From Diplonema japonicum (Eukaryota > Protista > Euglenozoa: Diplonemea): a stretch of 64,000 bases of DNA. The position numbers and the translations under genes were made by a program. A model generated the notes under the pieces. It was given only the letters and a program-made list of their open reading frames with translations, searched no databases and was not told the origin of the DNA. The DNA lies in contig OZ025681.1 of NCBI GenBank assembly GCA_964019335.1, positions 62,001 to 126,000 on the forward strand. The letters run 5' to 3'. Below are positions 1 to 10,700 of this stretch, piece by piece; the first letter of the stretch is position 1, and each line of letters begins with the position of its first letter.

Positions 1-245
1 GAGAAAATAGGATATAAAATAAATAGGAGGCAGTGGTATACCATGAGTGCTACTGTCGCAAGGAAAAAAAAAAATCCTTTTTATTTCTTTTTTCTTTGTT
101 CTCATATTCTTTTCTGTTTCTTTTTTTTTTGGTTTAGTTGTTTTCTTTCATGTTCTGTTCTTTTTTTCTTTTTTTTTCCCCAACAACGATCGCCTCACTT
201 CAAAGCTGCTTTTGAGAAGGTAAAAATAAAAGTGAACGATTCCAC

Positions 246-250
246 TTTCT

Positions 251-298
<48 letters not shown>

Positions 299-312
299 TT
301 CTTTTTTTTCTT
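246..312. repeat. (CTTT)n microsatellite
   Basis: A run of tttc units is directly visible. Confidence 0.9.
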
Positions 313-394
313 TCGTCACTCAAACTGTTTCGACAGGACTAAAGCCCTTCTTATGTTAGCTGCCCACGTGTAAAAAAAAAAAAAAAAAGAGAGA

Positions 395-1022
395 GGAAAA
401 CAACGTACGCGGTAACCAGTTAACTTTTTTCCACTCAAGTCTGTAAGCAGAATTTCCACCACTGTTTACGGTAACCTACAACTTTTTTTCCGCCCAAATG
501 GTTTTTTGTTTACTTAAGAATTTTCACTCTCCACGGTAACCTATTTTTATTTCCCCCTAAACCGTAAGTAAGTCCACGGTAACCCACAACTTTTTTTCCA
601 ACGTCCACGGTGGAGGTCTGTGTGCACTTGGGAAAAACGTGCAGGCAGCCAGGGCTCGGAAAGACACCAAGAATTGGAAGCGAAGTGAGAGAGAAGGGAA
701 AAATAAGTGCAGAACCCTCATTACTCAACTGCTGCGCCACAGCCACAATCACTCCTCGAAGTGCTGTCCCAGTTGACGTCCCAGCCTTCGGGTAGTCACC
801 CATTTCTCTTAAAATGTCTTTTTTCCTTTTCTTTTGGAAAAAAAGTTAGTGGTTGCATAAGGGAAATTGTTGGTAGTTACAGTAAAAAGTGGAAAAAAGG
901 TTGTAGGTTACCGTGAACGGTGGGAAAAAAGTTGTGGTTACCGTGGACGGTGGAAAAAAAGTTGGAGGTTGAAGGCGACGGTGGAAAAAAGTTATTTGGT
1001 TACCGTGTACGTTGGTTTTCCC
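395..1022. mobile_element. Non-autonomous DNA transposon (foldback/MITE-like, about 630 bp) with terminal inverted repeats and subterminal repeat arrays
   Basis: The left end GGAAAACAACGTACGCGGTAACCAGTTAACTTTTTTCCA matches the reverse complement of the right end, GGAAAACCAACGTACACGGTAACCAAATAACTTTTTTCCA. Several internal CACGGTAACC..ACAACTTTTTTTCC units on the left are mirrored by GGAAAAAA..GTTG.GGTTACCGTG units on the right. There is no credible ORF. Confidence 0.75.
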
Positions 1023-1140
1023 AAAAAGAAAACTATTCTGTTAACAGAATTGTCCAATACTTCCTATAGGCGCTCTTGCAATGACCACCACAGCCATCGC
1101 CAACGTGCCAAAAAAAAAAAAAAAAAAAAAAAAAAAAAGC

Positions 1141-1180
1141 GGGCTTTGATTGCAACACTAAGTGGCGTTAAGTGTGCAAC
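1141..1180 (-). mobile_element. Extreme 3' end of retroelement family R2 (see 35316-35720)
   Basis: ggctttgattgcaacactaagtggcgttaagtgtgca resembles ggctttggttgcaacactatttagcattaagtgtgca at 35317. Both abut an A-run on the + strand. Confidence 0.5.
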
Positions 1181-1206
1181 AGCATGAAACTATCTACTTG
1201 ATTTCA

Positions 1207-1352
1207 GGGGGCACCTCAGCCGAGCTGTAGCTTCTTCTGCGTTCCACGTCGTGTCCTTAATGCGTGCGGTGATACGTTCTCCCACTCGGGCGCCTACCGG
1301 TGATGACCGACGAGGAGGTCAACAGCATACAACCTATGTTATCCCCACCAAC
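1207..1352. repeat. Dispersed repeat X (internally deleted copy)
   Basis: Blocks gcacctc.gcc.agctgtagcttcttctgcgttcc.cgt.gtgtccttaatgcgtgcggtg, taccggtgatgaccgacgaggaggtcaacagc and atgttatccccacca recur at 40546-40799. Confidence 0.75.
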
Positions 1353-1768
1353 CTAAAAAAAGAAAGAAAGAAAAAGTAAGTATTAGAATACTACAAAAGG
1401 AGATACAAGCTCTTGAGATCTCTTTCTTCTCTTTTTTTTTTCTTTTTTTTTTTTTGATCCGACCAACGCTTCAGCCTGCGAACCCTTAATCTCATCCTTT
1501 TGAGCCAAAACAAGGGTATATGTCTCGCAATTGGGTTTGTTTTCGTTTAAAGTTAAAATACTGTTTTCATGTCATTCGTTCTCACGGCCCTAATTCGTAG
1601 TAGTTTAGCTGTCTTCTTGCTGGGGGGGGGGGGGGGGGGGAGGGATATTAGAAAGCACAAAAAAAGATCTTCTACCTGCCCACACCCCTAGTAGTACCAT
1701 ACAAGGTTAGAGGGAGGTTTTCATATCATTGAAACTATTAAAATTAACTGGGGAATTCTATTTAGTCA

Positions 1769-1823
1769 TTGTGAGACGCCCCGTTCTCATCCTGCCTGCA
1801 CTTATCCCCTTTTAAAGAAGCAG
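1769..1823 (-). mobile_element. Short 3'-terminal fragment of retroelement family R1
   Basis: gtgagacgccccgttctcatcctgcctgcacttatcccc matches the R1 end at about 44068-44115. Confidence 0.6.
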
Positions 1824-2333
1824 TACCTACACTCGATGATGATGGGTAGCAAAAAAAGAAAAAAGAAAAAAAGTTCTTCTTTTAAAGGAACTTCACATTA
1901 GAAACCTACATTCTTTCATTAGATCCTGCAACCATAAGAACAAAGCGGGGGGGGGGGGGGGGGGGGAACATCCCTTTCTTATTATGTGCTTGCGCAAATT
2001 ACGGAAATAGCTCTTTCCTTTTTTTCCTTTTTCTGTTTTTCTAGATGCTACAAACTCTGCTTTCTTTTTCTTTTTTAATGCGGCTCAAAAAAAAAAAGAA
2101 AAAGGGGGAGGGAAGGAAAAAAAAAACAGACAAAATAAAATACAAAGAAGGGTTCTCTAAGTATATATCTCGCCCCCTTATTTTCCTATTCTCTTTTCTT
2201 CTCTTCTTCCTTTTCTTCCTTTTCTTTTTCAAAAAAAAAAAGAAAAAGAAAAAGAAAGAGTAACAAATAAAGGCTTTAACACACGTGGGTAGTGTTTTCC
2301 TTCATGTTATGTTATCTTATGCTTGTTTCTTTC

Positions 2334-5300
2334 TCATTTGCCGAACCTGTTTCGCAAGTCTTGCAACGCAACAGAGAGGAAGTCAGGCATCGCAATGCCT
2401 TGCGCAAGCCAAGCCGCTTCGATATCTGCAACTATCTTCTTGTTGCCCACCTCATTAGTGTGCGAAAGGTCCGCCATGAGCGCTACAACTGAGTTAGATT
2501 CAGTACAGTTCCTGGCATAGGCGTACATCCACTCCTCGTTCTCCGTCTCTAGATAGTTTCCAACATGGAAGATGACTTGTTCGCTGCCCAATCTCCGGAA
2601 CTCAGGGCCAAATATAGTCACAGGGGTGACATCCACAGTGGCATTCACTACGAGGGCCACCGGGTTCTCGATCAAGACGTTTGCCTGCAGAGCACAACTC
2701 CGCTCCGACAGGTACCTCACTGACTGCATCACCTTCCCAAGCGCCGTGAACGCCTTCAACGCAAGCGACCCACACGATGCTACGGTAGCCCTACCTGTCG
2801 CGACCCCGATACCTATGCCGTATTCCTTGATCTCTTCTACTAGCTTGTCACGCACCATCATCGCGCACTGGCACGCTTTCATGATGTTTGACACAAGATG
2901 CGTCGTGATGTTCAGCCCGATGATGCTCTGGTCGCCAGACGTGCTGAGAAGAGCTCCCCTCCCACCACCTTGTGTCACCGTGCTCACCGCATCTAAAATT
3001 GTAGTCACGTTGTTGACAGAGTCACCAGGGTACCAGATAGACACAAGGCTGATGGTCTTCACCGTTGCCTGCATCTTCATCTGTGTCACTGGCGCCAACG
3101 GCATACTCCCCGACGACACGGAAGCTGCTGTTCGCGAGGAGTTCGAGTTCTTCGACGCTTGCTCGGGGTCTTGCTCCTTTGGTTGTGCTTGCTCCTCTTC
3201 CTTGTCTGTCTCCTGCAGAAAGAGGGAGGCGGGCATGTAGGCCTTGTACTCGTTGAGGATGTCGCACATGGCATAGAAGCCAGAGAGCAGGGCGGAGACC
3301 TCCAGAAGAATGCTGTCCCTCTTCACCACCCTGTCCATTTCCATGTTCTCCACATGCTTCATGTCCCGCACAAGGCTGATGAAGGGCTGGGTGATCACAA
3401 CAGCACATGCAAGAAGAACCACAACTCCAAGGGCCGCAAGCATCACAGACAGGTCGATCGCCTCCTCATATGCCTCCTCCGCATCCCCCATGATCACAAC
3501 GTGTGGTGTGATGTACACCACCAACCAGTCCACAGTATAGGTCTTGGAGGCCGGCTTCTGTATATTCAGCATTGAGGCATACACCTTCTCACCACCAGAG
3601 GAGTACAGGTACGACCTCTCAGGGTCAATGAGTGATGTGTTCCAGTTCTCGATGCTCGCAAGGGCACCAGAGACCCACGGGTGTGCCACAGTTTCACCAG
3701 CTTCAGCCACATCCCCAGGTCCCATCACCTCCACTCCCACAGGCTGCTGTTGCTCATCGTTGGCGAGAAGTACCTCCCTCGTCCTTCTGTCGATGAGCAC
3801 GATCAGTGACCTCGCAGGTACCCGCATGCGTGCAATGTCCTGTTTGATGACCCCCAGGATGCGCTGCAGGAGGAACGGAACGGATACAGACCCACTGCTT
3901 TTTGACACGACGTTCTCAACTGTCCCATGAACAGAGATCTCCACACCCAACATGCTCTGCAGACGCCAACGCTCCGAGAGGTCCTCGCTGATGTCGCGGA
4001 TCGCAGTGTCGTTCCTGGTCACCACCACACCGAGCACCACGGCGAAGGAGGTGAGTGCCACAACCCCAAGCATCACAGAGACAGGAACCTTAAACGATTT
4101 GCTCCTTCCGTGAAGGCTACTGGCATTCTTGACTATCATGAAGATGATGCCAACCAGCATTCCACCGCTAAAGATAGAGACATTTACCATCGCAATCCTC
4201 GTGTCCGTCCACTCCTCACGGGAGTAGTCGATGCCAGAGATGCTCACTTCCTTCAGAAGGACTTCAAGCTCCTTCTCCATCAGGGCAACAGTTTTCTCAG
4301 CAGCGCCGTCCCTAGCGAAGAAGTCCCTCACGTTTCTGAAGACTATGTCAACGCACTCTGCGTACAGCACGCGGCACCCTCTGCTCGGGCGGTGTACCAA
4401 CCTTTCCCAGAACTCTGGGTAGGCCTGCATCGACGTTGCCAGCATCGCATTCGCTTTCTCCATATTAGCCCAAAAGTCAGGTCTCTGCATCACATCCTCC
4501 CTGATGGGCTCCCGTCCAGAGTAGTCGAAGTACGAGAAGTGCTCAGACAAGTCGTTCACAAGGTCCATGGCTGCCTCCTTGTTTTTTGTGTACTTGTTGA
4601 TGCCAATGCTCCAGTCCCCAGAGCAGCCTGACCCGTTGTTACCAGGGACGGGTGCCATTTGGATGTCCCACATTTTCGATTCACTTATTTTCGACAAGCC
4701 GACACTGCTTGACACCCAATGGAACAGGACACCAGCTGTGCCTTCCTCGAATTGTTTTTTGGCAGATGAGGCCTTGAGTCCCCAGAGGTTGTGCGGGGCA
4801 ATGGTGCCCACCCAGCGCTTCCACATCTCAAGGGTGCGTGCCGCCGCAGGGTTGTTCACCGTCACATTCCCACTGTCGTCAACGATGTTCCCAGCACCAT
4901 CAAAACCCGACATGAGCGTCACGAGCGTGTAAATAATCTCATTGCCCGAGTTCGAGTCGGTCGGAAGCAACACACCGTTGAAGACGGAGGTCTTCGTACG
5001 CTCAGCACGCTCCTTCTCCACGAGGGTGTCTAAGGTCGTCTCGAACTCCTCCCAGGTCGCAGGCCAGGTGAGACCGTGCTTGTCGAAGAGGTCCTTGCGG
5101 TAGTAGGCCACCATCTGGTTGGTCTGCCTCGTGAGGGTGTAGAGCTTCCCGTTCGGGGACATGTGAAGCTGCCACTTCTTCCTGATGATGTTGGGGTTGA
5201 TGTCCAGCTCGATGAGCTCGTCCTGAAGGGTGGTGACCCAAGGGGTGTCCAGGCTCATCACCTCGTAGTCGTTGCCCTTGTTGTACAACATGTTTGTTAC

Positions 5301-5555
5301 AAAGGTGAAGTCGTCGTCAGTACTGTCGTAGCCGAAGAGGTTCTGGATGTTGATGGAGGCCATCTCCGTGTCGGGGTGCTTCACGGTGAAGTTGAGGGTC
5401 ACATCGCACATATCCTTTCGCAGGATCTCCATGATCACGTTGTGCACGTTCAGCGGCTCCTTGCTGCCTGTGGGCCTCGGGCAGTTGTAGGGCGATGGGG
5501 TCGGCTCAGGATCAGGGACAGATATCATAACTAATATAATACACAATGGTAACAT
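2334..5555 (-). CDS. Receptor copy 1: sugar-SBP / 3TM / Cache-like / HAMP / degenerate class III cyclase (about 1073 aa)
   Basis: Long ORF whose first ATG is at 5555 (MLPLCIILVMIS). It contains SBP motif YYRKDLFDKHGLTWPATWEEF, three hydrophobic segments, HAMP-like QPFISLVRDMKHVENM..EVSALLSGFYAM and cyclase-like IGIGVATG..SCGS..FTALGKV..VRYL. Confidence 0.88.
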   Translation of the reverse strand: MLPLCIILVMISVPDPEPTPSPYNCPRPTGSKEPLNVHNVIMEILRKDMCDVTLNFTVKHPDTEMASINIQNLFGYDSTDDDFTFVTNMLYNKGNDYEVMSLDTPWVTTLQDELIELDINPNIIRKKWQLHMSPNGKLYTLTRQTNQMVAYYRKDLFDKHGLTWPATWEEFETTLDTLVEKERAERTKTSVFNGVLLPTDSNSGNEIIYTLVTLMSGFDGAGNIVDDSGNVTVNNPAAARTLEMWKRWVGTIAPHNLWGLKASSAKKQFEEGTAGVLFHWVSSSVGLSKISESKMWDIQMAPVPGNNGSGCSGDWSIGINKYTKNKEAAMDLVNDLSEHFSYFDYSGREPIREDVMQRPDFWANMEKANAMLATSMQAYPEFWERLVHRPSRGCRVLYAECVDIVFRNVRDFFARDGAAEKTVALMEKELEVLLKEVSISGIDYSREEWTDTRIAMVNVSIFSGGMLVGIIFMIVKNASSLHGRSKSFKVPVSVMLGVVALTSFAVVLGVVVTRNDTAIRDISEDLSERWRLQSMLGVEISVHGTVENVVSKSSGSVSVPFLLQRILGVIKQDIARMRVPARSLIVLIDRRTREVLLANDEQQQPVGVEVMGPGDVAEAGETVAHPWVSGALASIENWNTSLIDPERSYLYSSGGEKVYASMLNIQKPASKTYTVDWLVVYITPHVVIMGDAEEAYEEAIDLSVMLAALGVVVLLACAVVITQPFISLVRDMKHVENMEMDRVVKRDSILLEVSALLSGFYAMCDILNEYKAYMPASLFLQETDKEEEQAQPKEQDPEQASKNSNSSRTAASVSSGSMPLAPVTQMKMQATVKTISLVSIWYPGDSVNNVTTILDAVSTVTQGGGRGALLSTSGDQSIIGLNITTHLVSNIMKACQCAMMVRDKLVEEIKEYGIGIGVATGRATVASCGSLALKAFTALGKVMQSVRYLSERSCALQANVLIENPVALVVNATVDVTPVTIFGPEFRRLGSEQVIFHVGNYLETENEEWMYAYARNCTESNSVVALMADLSHTNEVGNKKIVADIEAAWLAQGIAMPDFLSVALQDLRNRFGK

Positions 5556-5644
5556 TTGTCCCCCCCCCCTCCCTTCCCACTGCACTAAAGCGGCGTAGAG
5601 TTAGGTGCGAAAATAGACACTAAATAAAGAAGAAAACGAAAATA

Positions 5645-5695
5645 AGTTAAAGGGAGGTCGTTAGTGCAGACGCACCCCTGTTCTCACCACCTGCA
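5645..5695 (-). mobile_element. Degenerate 3'-terminal fragment of family R1
   Basis: agttaaagggag..gtgcagacgcacccctgttctca..cctgca resembles the R1 end. Confidence 0.45.
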
Positions 5696-7378
5696 TGTGT
5701 GGTCCACACAGAAGCCCTCTTGAGGAACTTACATTGAGAACAAGCAAAAAATAAAGGAGAGGAGGGAAGGGAGGGGGGAGAGTGGCAACAATACGAAAGA
5801 CACAAAAAGAAAAAAAACTCCCGTAAAAAGATTTTCCTCTTTCCTTCTCAAGATTGAAAACGCTGCTCTATAGAAGGCTTGAGATATGTCGCAGACGACC
5901 TCTGATTACTAATATTACGAATCATGATACGAAACACTCCTTATTTTTTAATTGCAACAAACTAGACATTCTGAGGTACAGGATCCCTCACTCGCCTCTT
6001 GTCTGTCTATTACAAAAATAAGCCGTATCGTCAAAATCTATTCTTGTAAAAAAAAAAAAGAAAAAAAAAAAAAAACTGAACATAAAATGGAGGCCAAGAC
6101 TCGTTCACTTTTTCACTTGTCTCCTTTACTATTATTCTCTTCCCAAGCACTTACAATACATATGTTGAAGAAGTACAGATAAAATCTCAAAACGTGCCCC
6201 AACAAAACTGAGAAACAAACTCGGGGGTGGGGGGGACTGCCAAAAAAGAGAAGGCTGGTTTCTCTTCGCACTGGCCGGAAAAAGGGGCAAAAGAAAAGCG
6301 ACTTTCTTCTTTTTAACGAAGTCCACGGGCCGATATGTGGACGAAGGACTGATAAATCAGCCTTATTCAAAACAAAGGGGAAACAACTAGTTTTGCGCTT
6401 TATTTGTATGTGTGCAACGAGCGGTATTTTACCTAACAAAATAGCTCATTACGCCGCCATCAACTATTGTTAAAAACACAAAAAAGGAAGAAAAAAAAAA
6501 AAACTTACCCCTGTTCCGAGAGACTTCTCGCTTTCTTTCCTCCCTTCTTCGTCTTGTTTGTGGGGACCTTGGAAACCATCTGCAACAAATTAGCAAACAG
6601 GTAACACAAGGGCAAGAAAATGAACATATTAAAAAAGAAAAAAGAGAATTTTTGTGGCTGGACATCGTGAGAAATACGACGGCGTCAGTGCGGGTAGTGT
6701 CTCGAGGCGAGAGTGGGAAGGTCATGGTGTCGCCCCCCACATCTCCGCATTTCTTCCGGTCTTCTACACGCAGCCAGGACACGCATTAAAACAAAGAACA
6801 TAGGTGAATGGAGTACTTTGGTGTGACCAAGAGACCAAAAAAAAAAAAGAAAAGAAATGAAAAAGCATTGCTGCTAAGATCGCAGAGCTGACATAGGAGT
6901 GAGAAAACATATTGGCGGGAAAAGACAATTCTTTTCCCGGGGGGGTCATGAGAGGTTTAGCTTTAAAAAAAAAAAAAAAAAGAGGGAAAAAAAAAAGGAA
7001 TTACCAGAACCCTTTAAAAAGCTGCCTCACGCTGCTATGAACAAAACGCTGTTCTCATTATTTTCCATTTATTTCGTGAAACCTCATCAGCAAAGTGGAG
7101 GGGGGGGGGGGGGGGGGGGGGGGCTGAGAGTATTTTCTTCTATTTCTTCTTTCTGCAGTGTCAGATATCACATCAAAATGTATCTTCAAGGCTGAAAAAC
7201 AAAAATCAGACTATTAAACAAATATAAATATGATCTAAGGGAGGCTTCTCGTCCACCCGCATCTATCCCCTAACAAAGAAGACGTGTCTTTGAAGGGAAC
7301 TGCAGCATGACAGGGTCGCCTAACGACAACACCTCTTCTGTCGCAGTATCCATTCAGCAGCTTGGGGATAAAACCAAT

Positions 7379-7680
7379 CTTCGGATTTCTAATTTGAAGC
7401 CGTTTATTTTCAGGGCGGCTCTGACCTCATTAATTGGATCGCCTCTACAGGTCAGGATGCCATGTATCAAGCTCTTTAACTGCCGCTTTGAGGATGTCAA
7501 AAAAAAGCGAGCGGACCATTAAGGAGAATTAAGAGAATGAAAGGCCTTGAATCAGCTGAAGAAGAGACATGAAAGAGGCTTGTGTCTGCTCCCAGTTCCG
7601 CTTCTTCCAAGCAACAAAAATTATTTGGCACCAAACAGAATAATAAGAACTGGGCAAAACCTCAAATTAGAAATCCGAAG
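7379..7680. repeat. Perfect 19-bp inverted repeat pair (7379-7397 and 7662-7680)
   Basis: cttcggatttctaatttga and tcaaattagaaatccgaag are exact reverse complements. Confidence 0.85.
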
Positions 7681-7701
7681 TGTCAAAAGAAAATACAACA
7701 G

Positions 7702-10700
7702 CTACTCAACTATTAGCCTCAACCGAAGGTCGCTGAGGGCAGCGTTTAGGTACTCTGGTCTTTCATCCCCGCCTTGCGAAAGCCATGAAGCTTCGATGCT
7801 GGATATGATCCTCTTGTTGGGCCCCTTGTTAGTATAAGAGAGTTCAGACATCAGTGAAACGACGGAATTTGCATCTGTTGAGTTCCTGGCATAGGCGTAC
7901 ATCCACTCCTCGTTCTCTGTCTCTAGATAGTCCTCGACACAGAAGACCACCTGATCGGTGCCTACTCTGTTGAACTCTGAGCCAAACACAGTAATGGGAA
8001 ACACATCAATGCCCGCGTTCACAACTAGCGCCACCGCACTCTCAACTAGGATGCTTGCCCCAAAGTCGCAGCCCTTCTCCGACAGGTACCTAACCGACTT
8101 CATCACTCTCCCAAGCGCCGTGAACGCCTTCAACGAAAGCGACCCACACGATGCTACGGTAGCCCTACCTGTCGCGACCCCGATACCTACATTGCTTTCA
8201 GACAGCTTGTCACGCACCATCATCGCGCACTGGCACGCCTTCATCCCGTTGTTAACTAAGTTCGTCGTGATGTTCAGCCCGATGATGCTCTGGTCGCCAG
8301 ACGTGCTGAGAAGAGCTCCCCTCCCACCACCGCTCGTCACCGTGCTCACCGCATCTAAAACTGCGGTCATTTCAACCACAGAGTCCCCAGGGTACCAGAT
8401 AGACACAAGGCTGACGTTCTTCACCGTCGCCTGCATCTTCATCTGAATCACTGGTACCACAGATGGCTCGCTCGATGAGTTCCCGGTTCGAGAGGACTGC
8501 GAGTTCTTCGATGTTCTAGACAAGGCGAGCGACATGTCGTCATCTGCGTCGGAGGACTCGTCCTTCTGGAAGAGGGAGGCGGGCATGTAGGCCTTGTACT
8601 CGTTGAGGATGTCGCACATGGCATGGAAGCCAGAGAGCAGGGCGGAGACCTCCAGAAGAATGCTGTCCCTCTTCACCACCTTGTCCATTTCCATGTTCTC
8701 CACATGCTTCATGTCCCGCACAAGGCTGATGAAGGGCTGGGTGATCACAACAGCACATGCAAGAAGAACCACAATCCCAATAGCTGCAAGCATCACAGAC
8801 AGGTCGATCGCCTCCTCATATGCATCCTCCGCATTCCCCATGATCACAACGTGTGGTGTGATGTACACCAGTAGCCAGTCCACAGTATTGGCGTCGAACG
8901 TCACTGTCTTGATATTCAGCATTGAGGCATACACCTTCTCACCAGAGGAGTACAGGTACGACCTCTCAGGGTCAATGAGTGATGTGTTCCAGTTCTCGAT
9001 GCTCGCAAGGGCACCAGAGACCCACGGGTGTGCCACAGTTTCACCAGCTTCAGCCACAACCCCAGGTCCCATCACCTCCACTCCCACAGGCTGCTGTTGC
9101 TCATCGTTGGCGAGAAGTACCTCCCTCGTCCTTCTGTCGATGAGCACGATCAGTGACCTCGCAGGTACCTCCATCCGAGAGATGTCTTGTTTGATGTTCC
9201 CAAGAACCTTCTGTAGGAGGAGCGAGGAGGTCACAGTAGCCTGCGTCACCACTGTCTCGATAGTGCCGTGGATGGAGATCTCTATTGAGAGTATGCTCTG
9301 CTGCCTGAGCTGCTCCGAGAGGTCCTCGCTGATGTCGCGGATCGCAGTGTCGTTCATGGTCACCACCACACCGAGCACCACGGCGAAGGAGGTGAGTGCC
9401 ACAACCCCAAGCATCACAGAGACAGGAACCTTAAACGAATTGCCCTCCCTGCGGAGGTTCTTCGCATTCCTCACAATCATGAAGATGATGCCAATGAACA
9501 TCCCAGCAGAGAACACTGAGATCCCAAGCATCGCAACCCTTGTGTCCGTCCACTCTTCACGGGTGTAGTCGGCTCCAGAGATGTCAATCACACCAAGCAG
9601 CACCTTGAGATCATTCTCCATCAAGGAGACAGTTTGCTCGGCTGCACCGTCTGCCGAAAGGAAGAAGTCTTTGACGTGCCTAAAAACAATATTGATGCAG
9701 TCTTCGTACAGTGCCTTGCAACCAGCACTTGGGCGGTGTACCAACCTTTCCCAGAACCCTGGGAAGGTCTGCATCGACGTTGCCAGCATTGGGTTCACCT
9801 TCCTCAGGTCGTCCCAGAACCCAGGCCTGTCCATCACATCCTTACGCACAGGTTCCTTGTCAGAGTTATCGAAGAACGAGAAGTGCATCGAATAGTCAGT
9901 CAGGAGGTCCACCGCCTCCTTCACGAAGGGGGAGTGCTTGTTGACACCGTAATTCCAGTCGTTGGAGCAGCCAGCCCCGTACTTCCCAGGGACTGATGCC
10001 ATTTGGATGTCCCATCCGTTGTCCTCGCTCACTTCTACCATGCCGAAGACACTTGAAGACCAGTTCAGGATGATGGCTGACTTCCCCGACTTGAAGTTTT
10101 CAGAAGCCTTGTTGCCAGTGTACCCAAAGAGGTCGATGGGGGCGATCGTCCCAATCCAGCGCTTCCACATGGTAAGGGTGCGTGCCGCCGCAGGGTTGTT
10201 GATCGTCACCTTGCCGTCTGCCTCCACAATGCTGCCAGCACCCTCGAAGCCAGACATGAGCGTCACAAGCATGTAAGCAATGGAATCCTGAGAGCCTGGG
10301 TCGGTCGCTAGCACCACACCATCGAAGTCAGTGTTCCCACCAGCATGCTCCTTCTCCACGAGGGTCGTCAGGGTCGTCTCGAACTCCTCCCAGGTCGCAG
10401 GCCAGGTGAGGTTGTGCTTGTCGAAGAGGTCCTTGCGGTAGTAGGCCACCATCTGGTTGGTCTGCCTCGTGAGGGTGTAGAGCTTCCCGTTCGGGGAGAC
10501 ATGGATCCGCCACTTCTTCCTGATGAGGTTGGGGTCCACGTCCAGTTCCACCAGGTCATCAGCAAGGGTGGTGACCCATTGGGTCTTGAGGTCCATCACC
10601 TCGTAGCCTGTCTCCTTGTTATGGAGCATGTTCTGCAGGAAGGTGAAGTCGTCGTCTTTAGAAGTGCGCCCAAACATTTCTTTGAGGTCCACAGACTCCA

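Noticed and set aside
395-1022. CRISPR-like array
   Set aside because: The units are degenerate, lack regular unique spacers and are arranged as mirror arms. There are no cas genes and the context is eukaryotic.
8594-9568. Long plus-strand ORFs repeated opposite every receptor (e.g. 324 aa, 302 aa, 293 aa)
   Set aside because: These are antisense shadows of GC-rich, codon-biased CDSs. Their ends vary between copies and they carry no recognisable motifs.
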